From Squalus acanthias (taxonomy: Eukaryota), in the NCBI GenBank assembly GCA_030390025.1, contig CM059431.1, positions 94,614,001 to 94,678,000 on the forward strand: a stretch of 64,000 nucleotides of DNA, written 5' to 3'. The position numbers and the translations under genes are program-made. The first letter of the stretch is position 1. Each line of letters begins with the position of its first letter. Positions 37,120-48,624 of the stretch are shown in pieces. The notes beneath the pieces were generated by a model. It was given only the letters and a program-made list of their open reading frames with translations, searched no databases and was not told the origin of the DNA.

Positions 37120-38402
37120 ATAAAGCATAAAAGGACAACCAATGATACCATGGAGCAGATTAGGCACTGAAAAGGAAATCTACATGCAAAGGCAGAGGGC
37201 ATGGCTGAGGTACTAAATGAGTACTTTCCATCTGTGTTCACTGAAGAAGCGGCAGCACCGGAGAAGGCGGCAGATAAAAACAGCGGATGACCAAGGCAGC
37301 ACGGACCTGAGCGGTGGCAGCACCGGAGGAGGCGGCCCTTCCGACAATTTGAAGAACAACAAAAAACAAGGAGTGACATTACAGGACAGCAGGTAGGTGA
37401 CTGGTTGCGGCGAGAGCGGGATCTGAGGAGCGACACCAGCGGGGATAAAAGGAGCTAGCCGGGAGCTGCACGTACCGACCTGAGAGGGGGTGGGGGGAGG
37501 AATCAAAGTGTGACGTCACAGGAAAGCAGGTGATTGGTTGGTGAGTATTTCTCTCTTTTTTCTAAACTTGGGCATTGGTTTAAATTAAGAGCCGGGATTA
37601 AAAACTAAACATAGATAATTGATATTCAAAACTTAAAAACCTAATTAATTAAATAAAATATAATAGAGCTGGCAGGGCAGGCGATGTGTTGCAGCTGTTG
37701 CATGTGGCAGCTGGTGGACACCAGTGTGATCCACAGCAACCACATCTGCAGTAAGTGTTGGTGGCTCGAGGAACTTCAGCTCAGAGTTGATGAGCTGGAG
37801 TCCGAGCTTCGGACATTGAGATACATCAGGGAGGGGGAGAGTTACCTGGACACTGTGTTCCAGGAGGCAGTCACACCCCTTAGGTTAAACAATTCAAATT
37901 TGGTCTGTTGTCAGGGTGTGACTACGAGTGAGGCAGGTATGGGGATCCAGAAGGTAGCATTGGAGGAGCCTCAGCCCTTGCACTTGTCCAACAGGTACGA
38001 GATTCTTGCTCCTTATGTGGACGAGGGCAGGGACTGCAGGGAGGATGAGCAAACTGACCACAGCACCATGGTACAGGGGGCCATTCAAGTTGGGGGAGTA
38101 AAAAGAAATGTGGTAGTGGTAGGGAACAGTATAGCTAGGGGGATAGCTACTGTTCTCTGCAGCCAAGAGCATGAGTCCCGAAGGCTGTGTTGCCTGCCCG
38201 GTGCCAGGGTTAAGGACATCTGCTCTGGGCTGGAGAGGAACTTGGAGTGGGAGGGGAAAGATCCAGTTGTCGTGGTCCACGTAGGTACCAATGACATAGG
38301 TAGAACAGAGAAAGAGGGTCTGCTGAGGGAGTATGAGCATCTAGGGGCTAAATTAAAAAGCAGAACCACAAAGGTAATAATCTCTGGATTACTACCTGAT
38401 TC

Positions 38403-39546
38403 TGTAGGTTATTTGCCTTGTTGGTTCGAATCACCCCTCCTACTTGGTTCTAGACAACAGGAATTACGGTGAACAGGATTGGAACACAGACAAGCTTTTT
38501 GGACTCAACCGTACAGTGTTTAATAAGGTTAACACACACACCCGCCTCCAGTACGTAAAATACCTGGTGGCGTAAAACAAACAGTACAACAATACAACTT
38601 GGCCTGTCGAACAGGCCCCTGTCTCGTATTAAGACACCTAAAATCACACTGTGTTGCTATACAGAGTATAACATGGGCTTGTCCCACAAACCCCGGAACA
38701 TACACTATATAATACACACAGAACCTCCCCACTAAACCCCTCTGGATTGGTTGGGACACACAACACCCCCTCACACAGTACCGGTGGTCTTAAGGATACG
38801 TGGGCTTGGACAATGCTCACCCCGATTGTCCGTTTTCTTGCTCGCTGCTTCCCTGTGTAGAGCGTGTCTCCTGGTTCCATATCGCCGATGCAGTGTCCAA
38901 GTCCCAGTTTCGAGGTTCGTTCCTACAGTCGAAGAGCAAGGCGAGGCTCTTGTCGCTCGTGGTGGTTTCTTCTCTCCATCCTGGATGGAGTGCTCGGTTC
39001 TTGGTTCAGAGATGAGGGCACGTGAAGGCGAGAGCAAGCGAGAGGGAGCGAGAATGGCCAAAGCTGCCTTCTCTTATACCCTAAAAGTTCATTAAGGTCT
39101 GTGTATTGCAGTGATGTCTTTTTAATCACCCTTCTTTGTCTGATTTCCCGCCTTTCGGGGCTATCCCATCTAGGTGCTAGTGTTAATGGCAGATGATGGG
39201 CTGCACTTCTTACCCGATCCCGGGTTAAGTGGTTTCCCATTAGTTTCCAATGGCCCTCCTTTGTCCGGTTCCTGCCTTTCGGGGCTATCTCATCTAGGTA
39301 ATGGTGTTAATGGCAGATGATGGGCCGCACTTCTCACCCGATCCTGGATTAAGTGGTTTCCCAGAGAACTCTGTCTGCTCAGACATTCTTCCGTAATCAG
39401 TTTGTAGGCCTGGCTGGAATCTCCTGTCCATCACAAACAATCTGGGCCCCTCCCATCTTCTCCAAACAGGCTGCTGGTCAATCAGCAGTAACAGTCATAC
39501 AAAATGTCCGATACAAAAATCCTTGGGGCCTGCGCTGATGCTTACA
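38403..39546 (-). mobile_element. Probable solo LTR (~1.14 kb)
   Basis: TGTAGG...CTTACA termini. CR1 ORF1 rejoins across it (CTACCTG/AGCCATGAGC). It has an internal ~90-bp direct repeat, and minus-strand TATAAG (~39075) and ATTAAA (~38520). Only a degenerate 4-bp TSD is visible (ATTC/AGCC). Confidence 0.65.
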
Positions 39547-41971
39547 AGCCATGAGCAAATTAGCATCGGGTAAATAAGATCAGAGAGATGAATGTGTGGC
39601 TCAAAGCCTGGTGTGGGAGAAATGGGTTTCGATTCATGGGGCACTGGCACCAGTACTGGGGGAAGAGGGAACTGTTCTGTTGGGATGGGCTTCACTTGAA
39701 CCATGCTGGGACTAGTGTCCTGGTGAATCAAATAACTAGGGCTATAGAGAGGGCTTTAAACTAAATAGTGGGGGGGAGGGTTGAGGTGAGCTGGAATTAA
39801 AAAAATCAAAGAGAAAGAAGAAGGCAATAGAGCAGGGTAGTGATGGAGGTAATGGTAACCAGAGTGTGACAGGAAGGGACAGAACGTATAAAAATAAGAG
39901 TGCATCAGAAAGTGGGGTCAAAGCATGGAAAAATAGTAAAAAGACAAAATTAAAAGCTCTTTATCTGAATGCACGCAGCATTCATAACAAGATAGATGAG
40001 TTGACGGCACAAATAGATATAAACGGGTATGATCTGATAGCCATTATAGAGACGTGGTTGCAAGGCGACCAAGGCTGGGAACTGAATATTCAGGGGTTTT
40101 TGACATATCGGAAGGATAGACAGAAAGGAAAAGGAGGTGGGTTAGCTCTGTTAATAAAGGATGAGATCAGTGCAGTAGTGAGAAACGATATTGGCTCAGA
40201 AGAGCAAGATGTAGAATCAGTTTGGGTGGAGATAAGAAATAATAAGGGAAAGAAGTCATTAGTGGTCGTAGTCTGCAGAACTCCTAACAGTAGCTACACT
40301 GTTGGACAGAGTATAAATCAAGAAATAATGGAGGCTTGTAAGAAAGGTACAGCAATAATCATGGACGATTTTAATCTTCATATTGATTGGACAAATCAAA
40401 TTGGCCAAGGTAGCCTCGAGGAATAGTTCATAGAGTGTATCCGGGATGGTTTCCTAGAACAATACGTTGTGGAACCAACCAGGGAGCAGGCTATCTTAGA
40501 TCTGGTACTGTGAAATGAGACAGGATTAATAAATGATCTCATAGTAAAGGATCTCTAGGAAAGAGTGATCATAGCATGGTTAAATTTCAAATTCAATTGG
40601 TGGGTGAGAAAGTTGGGTCTCAAACCAGTGTCCTGATCTTAAATAAAGGCAATTATAAAGGTATGAAGGCAGAGTTGGCTAAAGTGGACTGGAAAAATAT
40701 ATTAAAGGGCAAGATGGTTGATAAGAAATGGCAGACATTTAAGAAGATATTTCATAACTCTCAACAAAAATATATTCCAGTGAGAAGGAAAGACTTTAAG
40801 AGGAGGGAGAACCATCCGTGGCTAACTAAGGAAGTAAAGGATGGTATCAAATTGAAAACAAAGGCATACAATGTTGCCAAGATTAGTGGAAGGCCAGAGG
40901 ATTGGGAAATTTTTAAAAACCAGCAAAGGACGACTAAAAAAAATAATAAAGAGAGAGAAGATGGATTATGAGAGTAAACTAGCAAGAAATATAAAAACAG
41001 ATAGTAAGAGCTTCTACAGGTATATAAAAAGGAAGAGAGTAGCTAAAGTAAACATTGGTCCCTTAGAGGATGAGACTGGGGAATTAATAATGGGGAACAG
41101 GGAAATGGCTAGACTTTGAACAAATATTTTGTATCAGTCTTCACGGTAGAAGACACTAATACCATCCCAATAATACATAATCAAGGGGCTATAGGGAGGG
41201 GGGAACTTAAAATCACTATCACTAAAGAAAAAGTACTCGGTAAAATAATGGGACTAAAGGTGGACTAGTCCCCTGGACCTGATGGCCTGCATCCTAGGGT
41301 CTTAAAAGAAGTGACTACAGAGATAGTGGATGCATTGGTTGCAATCTACCAAAATTCCCTGGATTCTGGAGAGATCCCAGCGGATTGGAAAACCGCAAAA
41401 ATGTAATGCCCCTATTTAATAAGGGAGGGAGACAGAAAGCAAAAAACTATAGACCAGTTAGCTTAACATCTGTCATTGGGAAAATGCTGGAGTCCATTAT
41501 TAAGGAAGCAGTAGCAGGACATTTAGAAAATCATAATACAGTCAAGCAAAGTCAGCATGGTTTTATGAAAGGGAAATCATGTTTGACAAATTTGCTGGAG
41601 TTCTTTGAGGATGTAACGAGTAGGATGGATAAAGGGGAACCAGTGGATGTGGTGTATTTGGATTTCCAGGAGGCGTTCGATAAGGTGCCACATAAAAGGT
41701 TACTGCAGAAGATAAGAGCTCACGGGGTTGGGGATAATATATTAGCATGGATAGAGGATTGGCTAACTAACAGAAAACAGAGAGTCAGGATAAATGGGTC
41801 ATTTTCCGGTTGGCAAACAGTAACTAATGGGGTGCCACAGGAATCAGTGCTGGGGCCTCAACTATTTACAATCTATTTTAATGACGTGGATGAAGGGACC
41901 GAATGTAATGTAGCCAAATTTGCTGATGATAAAAAGATAGGTGGGAAAGCAAGTTGTGCAGAGGACTCAAA

Positions 41972-42864
41972 GGGGTAAAAATTAGGTCGCGCCCCGTTTG
42001 GGGCACAAATATCGTCTGGACGCAAATATTAGCGCCTGGCGCTAATTATCGGCACTGACTGGAAACTTCACTTTTACCGCCCCGGGAGGTGAGTGGAGCG
42101 CTAAATCAGGCGCTGCACACCTGTCTTAAGGCGCAAAGGCCAAGGAGTGAGGCGCTAACTCAGAGCGCTGGCGAAGCTCATGTAATGTCAGTCAGCAATG
42201 GAACACACACACAATGGCACGGGCCAGTTCTTAAAGGGGATGGTTAATCTTGCTTTCCATCCACATCCTGTTCATTGCAGCCTTGAATCTCGGCCTGGAG
42301 AGACTTGCACATCAAATGTGCTGGAAAGAACAATGGAGAGTACCAGGCAAAGAGCTCAGAGTGCAGCTCCCACAGTCTCTGCTAAATCGATACAAGGAAT
42401 GGCAAATCAAAATGAACCTGCAAAGTGCTGCTCAGTACCCAAAACTCCTTCACACAACGTTGAATCTCTCCAGAAGTCTCTCCCTCTCTCTCTCAGAATG
42501 CGTAGTTCAAAAATGCCACCAACAATAAAAGACAGGAAGAGGCCCCCTTTAAATAGCGCCCCCCCCAGCCCCACAGCGATTGATAGCGTTCCAGTCTTCT
42601 GGTCGTTGGATGCGCCAGGCGGTAAGGCAGGGGGCGCCACTCAATTTCCGCTCCGGGGCGCCACAAGGGCGTTGCACCATGGAATGACGTCACAATCTGC
42701 GCGCACAGGTGGTCGCAGCGGTAAGTTTTAGCGCCGCCGCACAATCTCTAGTTAAGTTCCCGAGCGGCGCAAACATCGCTGCACCCGGGCGTTAGCGGCT
42801 TTGCGCCCCATTAGCGCCCTCTTAAGGCGCTAACGGGAGGCGCAACCAACTGAATTTTTACCCC
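41972..42864 (-). mobile_element. Internal-deletion derivative of the 670-6656 Harbinger family
   Basis: TIRs GGGGTAAAAATT / AATTTTTACCCC and TSD AAA. Removing it restores the CR1 frame EDSKNLQRDID. It retains the Myb start (MESTRQRAQ). Confidence 0.92.
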
Positions 42865-43747
42865 AAAGAATCTGCAAAGGGATATAGACAGGCCAAGTGA
42901 GTGGGCAAAAATTTGGCAGATGGAGTATAATGTGTGAAAGTATGAGGTTATCCACTTTGGCAAGAAAAATAAAAAAGCAAATTATTATTTAAATGGTGAG
43001 AGATTACAAAATGCTGCAGTACAGAGGGACCTGGGGGTCCTTGTGCATGAAACACAAAAAGTTAACATGCAGGTACAGCAAGTAATCAGGAAGGCAAATG
43101 GAATGTTGCCCTTTATTGCAAGGGGGTATGGAGTATAAATGCAGGGAAGTCCTGCTACAACTGTATAGGGTATTGGTGAGACCACACCTGGAATACTGCG
43201 TACAGTTTTGGTCTCCTTATTTAAGGAGGGATATACTTGCATTGGAGGCAGTTCAGAGAAGGTTCACGAGGTTGATTCCTGAGATGAAGGGGTTGACTTA
43301 TGAAGAAAGGTTGAGCAGATTGGGCCTATACTCATTGGAGTTTAGAAGAATGAGAGGTGATCTTATTGAAACATGTAAGATACTGAGGGGGCTCGACAAG
43401 GTAGATGCAGAGAAGATGTTTCCCCTCATGGGGGAATCTAGAACTAGGGGGCATAGTTTCAGAGTAAGGGGTCGCCCATTTAAAACTGAGATGAGGAGGA
43501 ATTTCTTCTCTCAGAGGGTCGTAAATCTGTGGAACTCTCTGCCCCAGAGAGCTGTGGAGACTGGGTCATTGAATATATTTAAGGTGGAGATAGACAGATT
43601 TTTGAACAATAAGGGAGTGAAGGGTTATGGGGAGTGGGCAGGGAAATGGAGCTGAGTCCAAGATCAGATCAGCTATGATCTCATTAAATGGAGGAGCAGG
43701 CTCGAGGGGCCAAATGGCCTACTCCTGCTCCTATTTCTTATGTTCTA

Positions 43748-45555
43748 AGATAATCCTGCAAATTTCACAGTGAAGAAGGAGATGGTAGAGAAATTGGGTA
43801 AGATAGAAATAGATAAAGAGGAGACAGTTCAACGACTGGCAGCACTCAAAGTAGCAAAGTCACCCGGTCTCGATTGGATGCTTCCTAGGTTTCTGAGGGA
43901 AGTAAGGGTGGAAATAGCTGAGGCTTTGGCCTCAATTTTTCAAATGTCCTTGGATATGGGAATGGTGCCAGAGGACTGGAGCATTGTAAATGTTACACCA
44001 CTGTTCAAAAAAGGAGAGAGAAATAAACCCGGTAACTGCAGGCCAGTCAACCTAACGTCGGTGGTGGGGAAACTTCGAGAGACATTAATCTGATACAAAA
44101 TTATTTGTCACTTGGAAAAACATGTGTTAATAAGTGACAACCAACTTGGATTTGTTAAAGGCAAGTTGTGTCTGACAAACTTGACTAAATTCTTCAATGA
44201 AATAATGGAGAGGGTTAATGAAGGTAGTGCAGCTGATGTTCTGTAATCGGCAGCAGTTTCCATTAGGTTGCGCTGTTTTTTCAACTCAAGTCGTTCAAAA
44301 TCGGCCAAATCAGTGCAAAAGATCACAGAATTTTAAGTGCAAACTGACTACTGTGCACCAATATAACTAGTAAATGGTTCTGTATAGTTTTTTAAAGTCA
44401 TTTTCAGTTATTTAAAATCGGGTTACGCACAGGTGGTGGATTAGACACTGATTAAAAATGCTTATTTTTTGTGATAAATTTCTGCTGTATTAATCAAACT
44501 GCACTAAGTTACCACTCACAAATATATCAAGGAAATATTTTTTAAAGCAAATTTTTTTTTTAATTACCTTCTCAAACGATGTGCTGGTTCATGGCAGATT
44601 TCACGTTCGGCCATATGCAAATCAGTTTGCATATGGAGAAAAAAGAACATTTCTCAGAACTGGTGCAATTTTGGGCACAATTTTCTCCTGGATCGCCAAT
44701 TGCACCAAACTCCAGACCATAGACTTTCAAAAGGCATTTGATCAAGTGCTATCGAATAGACTCATCAGCAATATTGAAGTCCATGGGATAAAAGGGGCAG
44801 AGTCAGCATGGATATGAAATTAGCTAAGAGACAGAAAGCAGAAAGTAGTGGTGAACGGTTGTTTCTCAGACTGGAGGGAACTATTCTAGGTGTCTCCCAG
44901 AGGTTGGCATTGGGACAACTGCTCTTTTTGATATATATTCATGATCTGGACCTGGGTATAGGGGCCATCATTTCAAAGTTTGCAGATAATACAGTGCTTG
45001 GAAATGTTATAAACAGTGAGGATGATACTTTCAGGCATCAGGAGAACATAGATGGTGAAATGGGCAGACACATGGCAGATGAAATTTAATGCAAAGAACA
45101 GAACTGAGAAGTTATAACTATCAGGATAGATGAATAGGCTCGGACTCTTTCCTCGAGAAAAGAGAAGGGTGACCTAATAGAGGTCTTTAAAATTTTGAAG
45201 GGCTTTGATAGGGTAGGCATGGAGAAGATATTTCCACTTGTGAACAAGTTCAAAACTAGGGGTCATAACTATAAGGTAGTCACTAATAAATCCAATAGGG
45301 AATTCAGGAGAAACTTCCTTACCCAAAGAGTGGTTAGAATGATGAACTTACTACCATATGGAGTGGTTGAAGCGATTAGCTTAGATGCCTTTAAGGGGAA
45401 GCTAGATAAGTACATAATGGAGAAAGGAATCGAAGGGTATGCAGATAGGGCTAGATGAAGTAGGGTGGGAGGATGCTCGTGTGGAGCATAAACACTGGCA
45501 CAATTGGGCCGAATGGCCTGTTTCTGTGCTGTAAATCCTATGTAAGTCTATGTTT
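43748..45555 (+). mobile_element. Older CR1 RT fragment and tail, interrupted by a DNA element
   Basis: ORFs 43770..44093 and 45195..45458. Confidence 0.8.
44245..44718. mobile_element. Non-autonomous DNA element, paralog of 35976-37119
   Basis: Shares AAACTGACTACTGT..AATATAAC and GTATTAATCAAACTGCAC blocks. It interrupts the CR1 DVVYMDFQ coding sequence. Confidence 0.6.
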
Positions 45556-46237
45556 ACGGTGGCAGATATTGGGGCGTCTGAGTGTCCCCCCAAGCAAAGG
45601 TGGGACGCTTAATTAACATATTTAAATCGGGCTCCCACATAATTAATTGGGAGCCTGATTTGAAATTTACTGCTGCACCTATGGGTTTCCCAGGGGTCCG
45701 GAAACTCGGCAGTGAAAGGGAGGTGGGTGCTGCCAGCTCCACAAGGTAAATGGCTCTCTCAGCACTCCTAGTGGGCCAGGAGGAGGAGTGCTCACCCCAG
45801 GTCCCTCAAGGAAGCCTGTGGCCTCCCCCAGCCCCAATTGCCAGACTCCATCCCCAGCCCTCCCTATTGTCAATCTTTCCACCCAGTCCTGATCGCAGAC
45901 CTCCCCCATCCAGCCCCAATCGTAAGCCTCCACCCCTCTGAATCGTGATGCACCCCCCCCAGTCTTCCCGATTGCCAACTTCCCCCCCACCCCCACCACC
46001 AGCCTCGATTGCTGACCTTCCTGCCTCCCGATTAACGGAGGCCATCCCCAAGGGTCATCGGCTGCGACCTCGTGCCGCTGAGGTTCCCTCCCACGCACTG
46101 GCCAGGCTGTCCATTTGCTCGGCTGCCGGGCGGGAGACAAAGCTGGGGAGTGGGACTAATTCATTGAATAGCTCTTTTAAAGAGCCGGCACAGACATGAT
46201 GGGATGAATGGCCTCCTTCCGTGCTGTATGATTCTCT

Positions 46238-47004
46238 GGGCTGGATTTTGAATGACCCATGGAGTCGGGTTTGGAGGCGTGTGGGGGGTTAAATTTGCGG
46301 GGTCGGGGTTTCCGACCCCATCCCGACTCCATCCCGCCTCCACGCAATTTTGACAAAATCAGTCGCGGGGTTCCCGACTCCGTCCCGCCTTCAAGAGGCG
46401 GGAGAGGCCATTAAAGCCCTTAACAAGCTCTAAATTGGCTCTGTAATGCCATTTTGAAATGCTGTAGCTAGTTTAACCCTCTTCTGACGTGAAGCACGCC
46501 TGGTGTGAAACACTCCAGTAAAATCTGACGGGAGCACAAGTGGATAGCTGACTATCGGCTGCAGGTCCACTATTACAACGGAGATGTGATGAAGGTAGTA
46601 GTAGTATTAGGTGTGAACGCCGCCTCTGATGCTGCTGCATTGAATGTCTTCAGAGACTGCCTGGGATGACTTGCTTGGCAAAAAAATTCTCTCTCTCTCT
46701 CTCTCTCTCTCTCCCTACACCACCCCCACCCCCATTTTTGCATCCAGGTCCACCCACATCAAAAGCCAGGCAGGTCCTCTCTCACCAACAGTCTCTGAGA
46801 CTAGCCAGTCAGCAATGATGACATCATCAGAGGCGGCTTTCAGACTGAAAACACTAATTAGTTCATGGGTTCCCACATGCTCCAACTCAATTGCCCAATT
46901 AAGTGAAAATTGCATCAGGCATCCACATTAATCTGGAGTCGGGGGGGGAAACACGAAATGCGGATTACACGACCCTAACCTGACCCCAAGACAAAATCCA
47001 GCCC
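46238..47004. mobile_element. Harbinger-type MITE (GGGCT-TIR family), inverted relative to 10871-11557
   Basis: TIRs GGGCTGGATTTTG / CAAAATCCAGCCC with flanks TCT/TAT, inside a CR1 tail (46130-47015). Confidence 0.85.
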
Positions 47005-47242
47005 TATGACTCTACATAGACAGAAGTGAAGGAGATGAATGTAGATAGAAGTGAAGAAATCCTGCCACTCACCACGGCAATGACTCTCCCCAAGCCCGTG
47101 AAGACCAACACGTTTTCTTCCAGGATGTGCAGAAGAGCTCTGCCTCACCAATCGCTACCTCCCGAAGCAAGTTGTGCATAACATTCTCCTGCAAGAAAGA
47201 AGGCAGTATATTAGTGAACGTCTTGTGAGATGTTTAGATAAT

Positions 47243-47603
47243 GGTCCATAATTTGCGGCCACTACGGGTGCATACAAGGTGCGCATGTGCCTGTAAGGGC
47301 CGCGCAGGTTCCGGGTTTTCAAGCGCGAAGCGCATGCACGAAAACCCAGAACTTGCAATCTGTCAAGAATCCAACGTGTCCCCGAGAAAAAGCTTATGGG
47401 GATTCCCTTCTTTTTTTGGTTAGGGCCAGCCCACCTGATCCCAGGGGCGCTTGCAGACCGCCTGCGCCCCTGGGATACGTGGTACCCGGCGAGGCCCAGG
47501 ATCGCAAATCTCTGTACCTCCCGGACCACCAGGTACGTGGGCATTTTATTTGCGGATCAGAGGCATTTCCCCTCGAGAAGCCTATGTCTGCAAATTTAGG
47601 GCC
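47243..47603. mobile_element. Short GGCCC-family MITE
   Basis: Ends GGTCCATAATTTGC / GCAAATTTAGGGCC with flanks AAT/AAA. Confidence 0.72.
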
Positions 47604-47824
47604 AAAATGTCTGTCATGGTAGAACAGTTTGCATGTTGTGTGTAAGATATGAGGTGTGAGGAAGTGAGGGTTGCAATAGTGCTGAGTGTAGGAGGTGCAG
47701 AGTGTGTGAGCAGGAAGGGGGGTGAAGTATGGCGCTGTTGTAGGGAAGCGGGGCAAAGAGTTATTGTGAGTAGTGAGGCTGGAGGTGTGAGCAGAGAGTA
47801 GAGAGAGATGAGAATTTGGATTTG

Positions 47825-48068
47825 AACCTTGACAGCTCTGGTGAGGTCATTTAACTTTTATCGACATTGCAGCCATGTCCTGGGAGCTAAGCTCCTGGCA
47901 TTAGCCCCTTCTGAAACCTCTTCGCACTGGCATTGGAGGTGTTGCCTGGAGAGCCTTCTGCACCCTTGGGGATAACAGGATCTCCCTTCTCCTGCTACCA
48001 CCTGGACCAGGGTCTCCACAGCAGCATCAGAGAACCTAGGGGCCTGATCTGCAGGTCTTACAGCCATT
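47825..48068 (-). pseudogene. Degraded Harbinger Myb/SANT exon
   Basis: APRFSDAAVETLV...RTWLQCR*KLNDLTR, with a stop and probable frameshift. Confidence 0.75.
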
Positions 48069-48301
48069 TCTTTCTTCACAGGTCCTAGAAAATGGCCAGT
48101 GTCACTGTCAATCAAAAAAAGTCCCTCCAGTTTCAAGTATGCCTGCATTCATTGTACTCAAGAGGATTACTTACATACAGTCACACGGGGCATGCTGGTA
48201 GCTTTTTGCACAGACTGTTTAAATGCAGTCACAGTGGTAACTACAGGGAGCTGTAGTTTTCTACCTTGTTGGAGTGTCCTTTGAAGAAACAAAACAGCTC
48301 T

Positions 48302-48411
48302 GGGAAACCCCCTGAACGCAAACCTGAGGCTTCTTAAAAAACCACAGGCCTTTGATAGAAAATATTGTTAGAGGCATTTCAAACACAGAAAATGTAATTC
48401 TACAGGTAAGT
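48302..48411 (+). promoter_or_regulatory. Candidate promoter and non-coding first exon: kB site and consensus splice donor
   Basis: GGGAAACCCC (48302-48311) fits GGGRNNYYCC. CAG|GTAAGT occurs at 48403-48411 in non-repetitive sequence. Confidence 0.4.
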
Positions 48412-48624
48412 TTAATAATTTCTTGTAAATTTTGTGATCTTTTATATCTTTATTTTGTTGGAAACTATATTTCCACCATAAGTCATCCATTTAGTGAAGA
48501 CAATGATTAGTGCCACACTGGGTTTTTTTTTTACTATTTTTAATTCATATGTTCTCTACTTAGTCAGTTATGATTCCTCGTCATTTTATGAAAGAAGAAG
48601 ATATAAAACTTGTATTTACATAGG

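Larger units (their letters stand above)
37250..43747 (+). mobile_element. Near full-length CR1 LINE (5' UTR, ORF1, ORF2, tail) with a solo LTR and a Harbinger derivative inserted
   Basis: ORF1 from 37684 (zinc finger, HVGTND, DGLHL). ORF2 runs from YLNARSI through the RT to 43655 with several stops and frameshifts. It sits within another CR1 (37120-37249 plus 43748-45555). Confidence 0.9.

Noticed and set aside
45556..46130. Pro/Gly-rich ORFs (also the similar region at 51302-51918)
   Set aside because: They lie in C/G-run-rich, probably non-autonomous DNA element sequence whose ends I could not define. There is no coding evidence.
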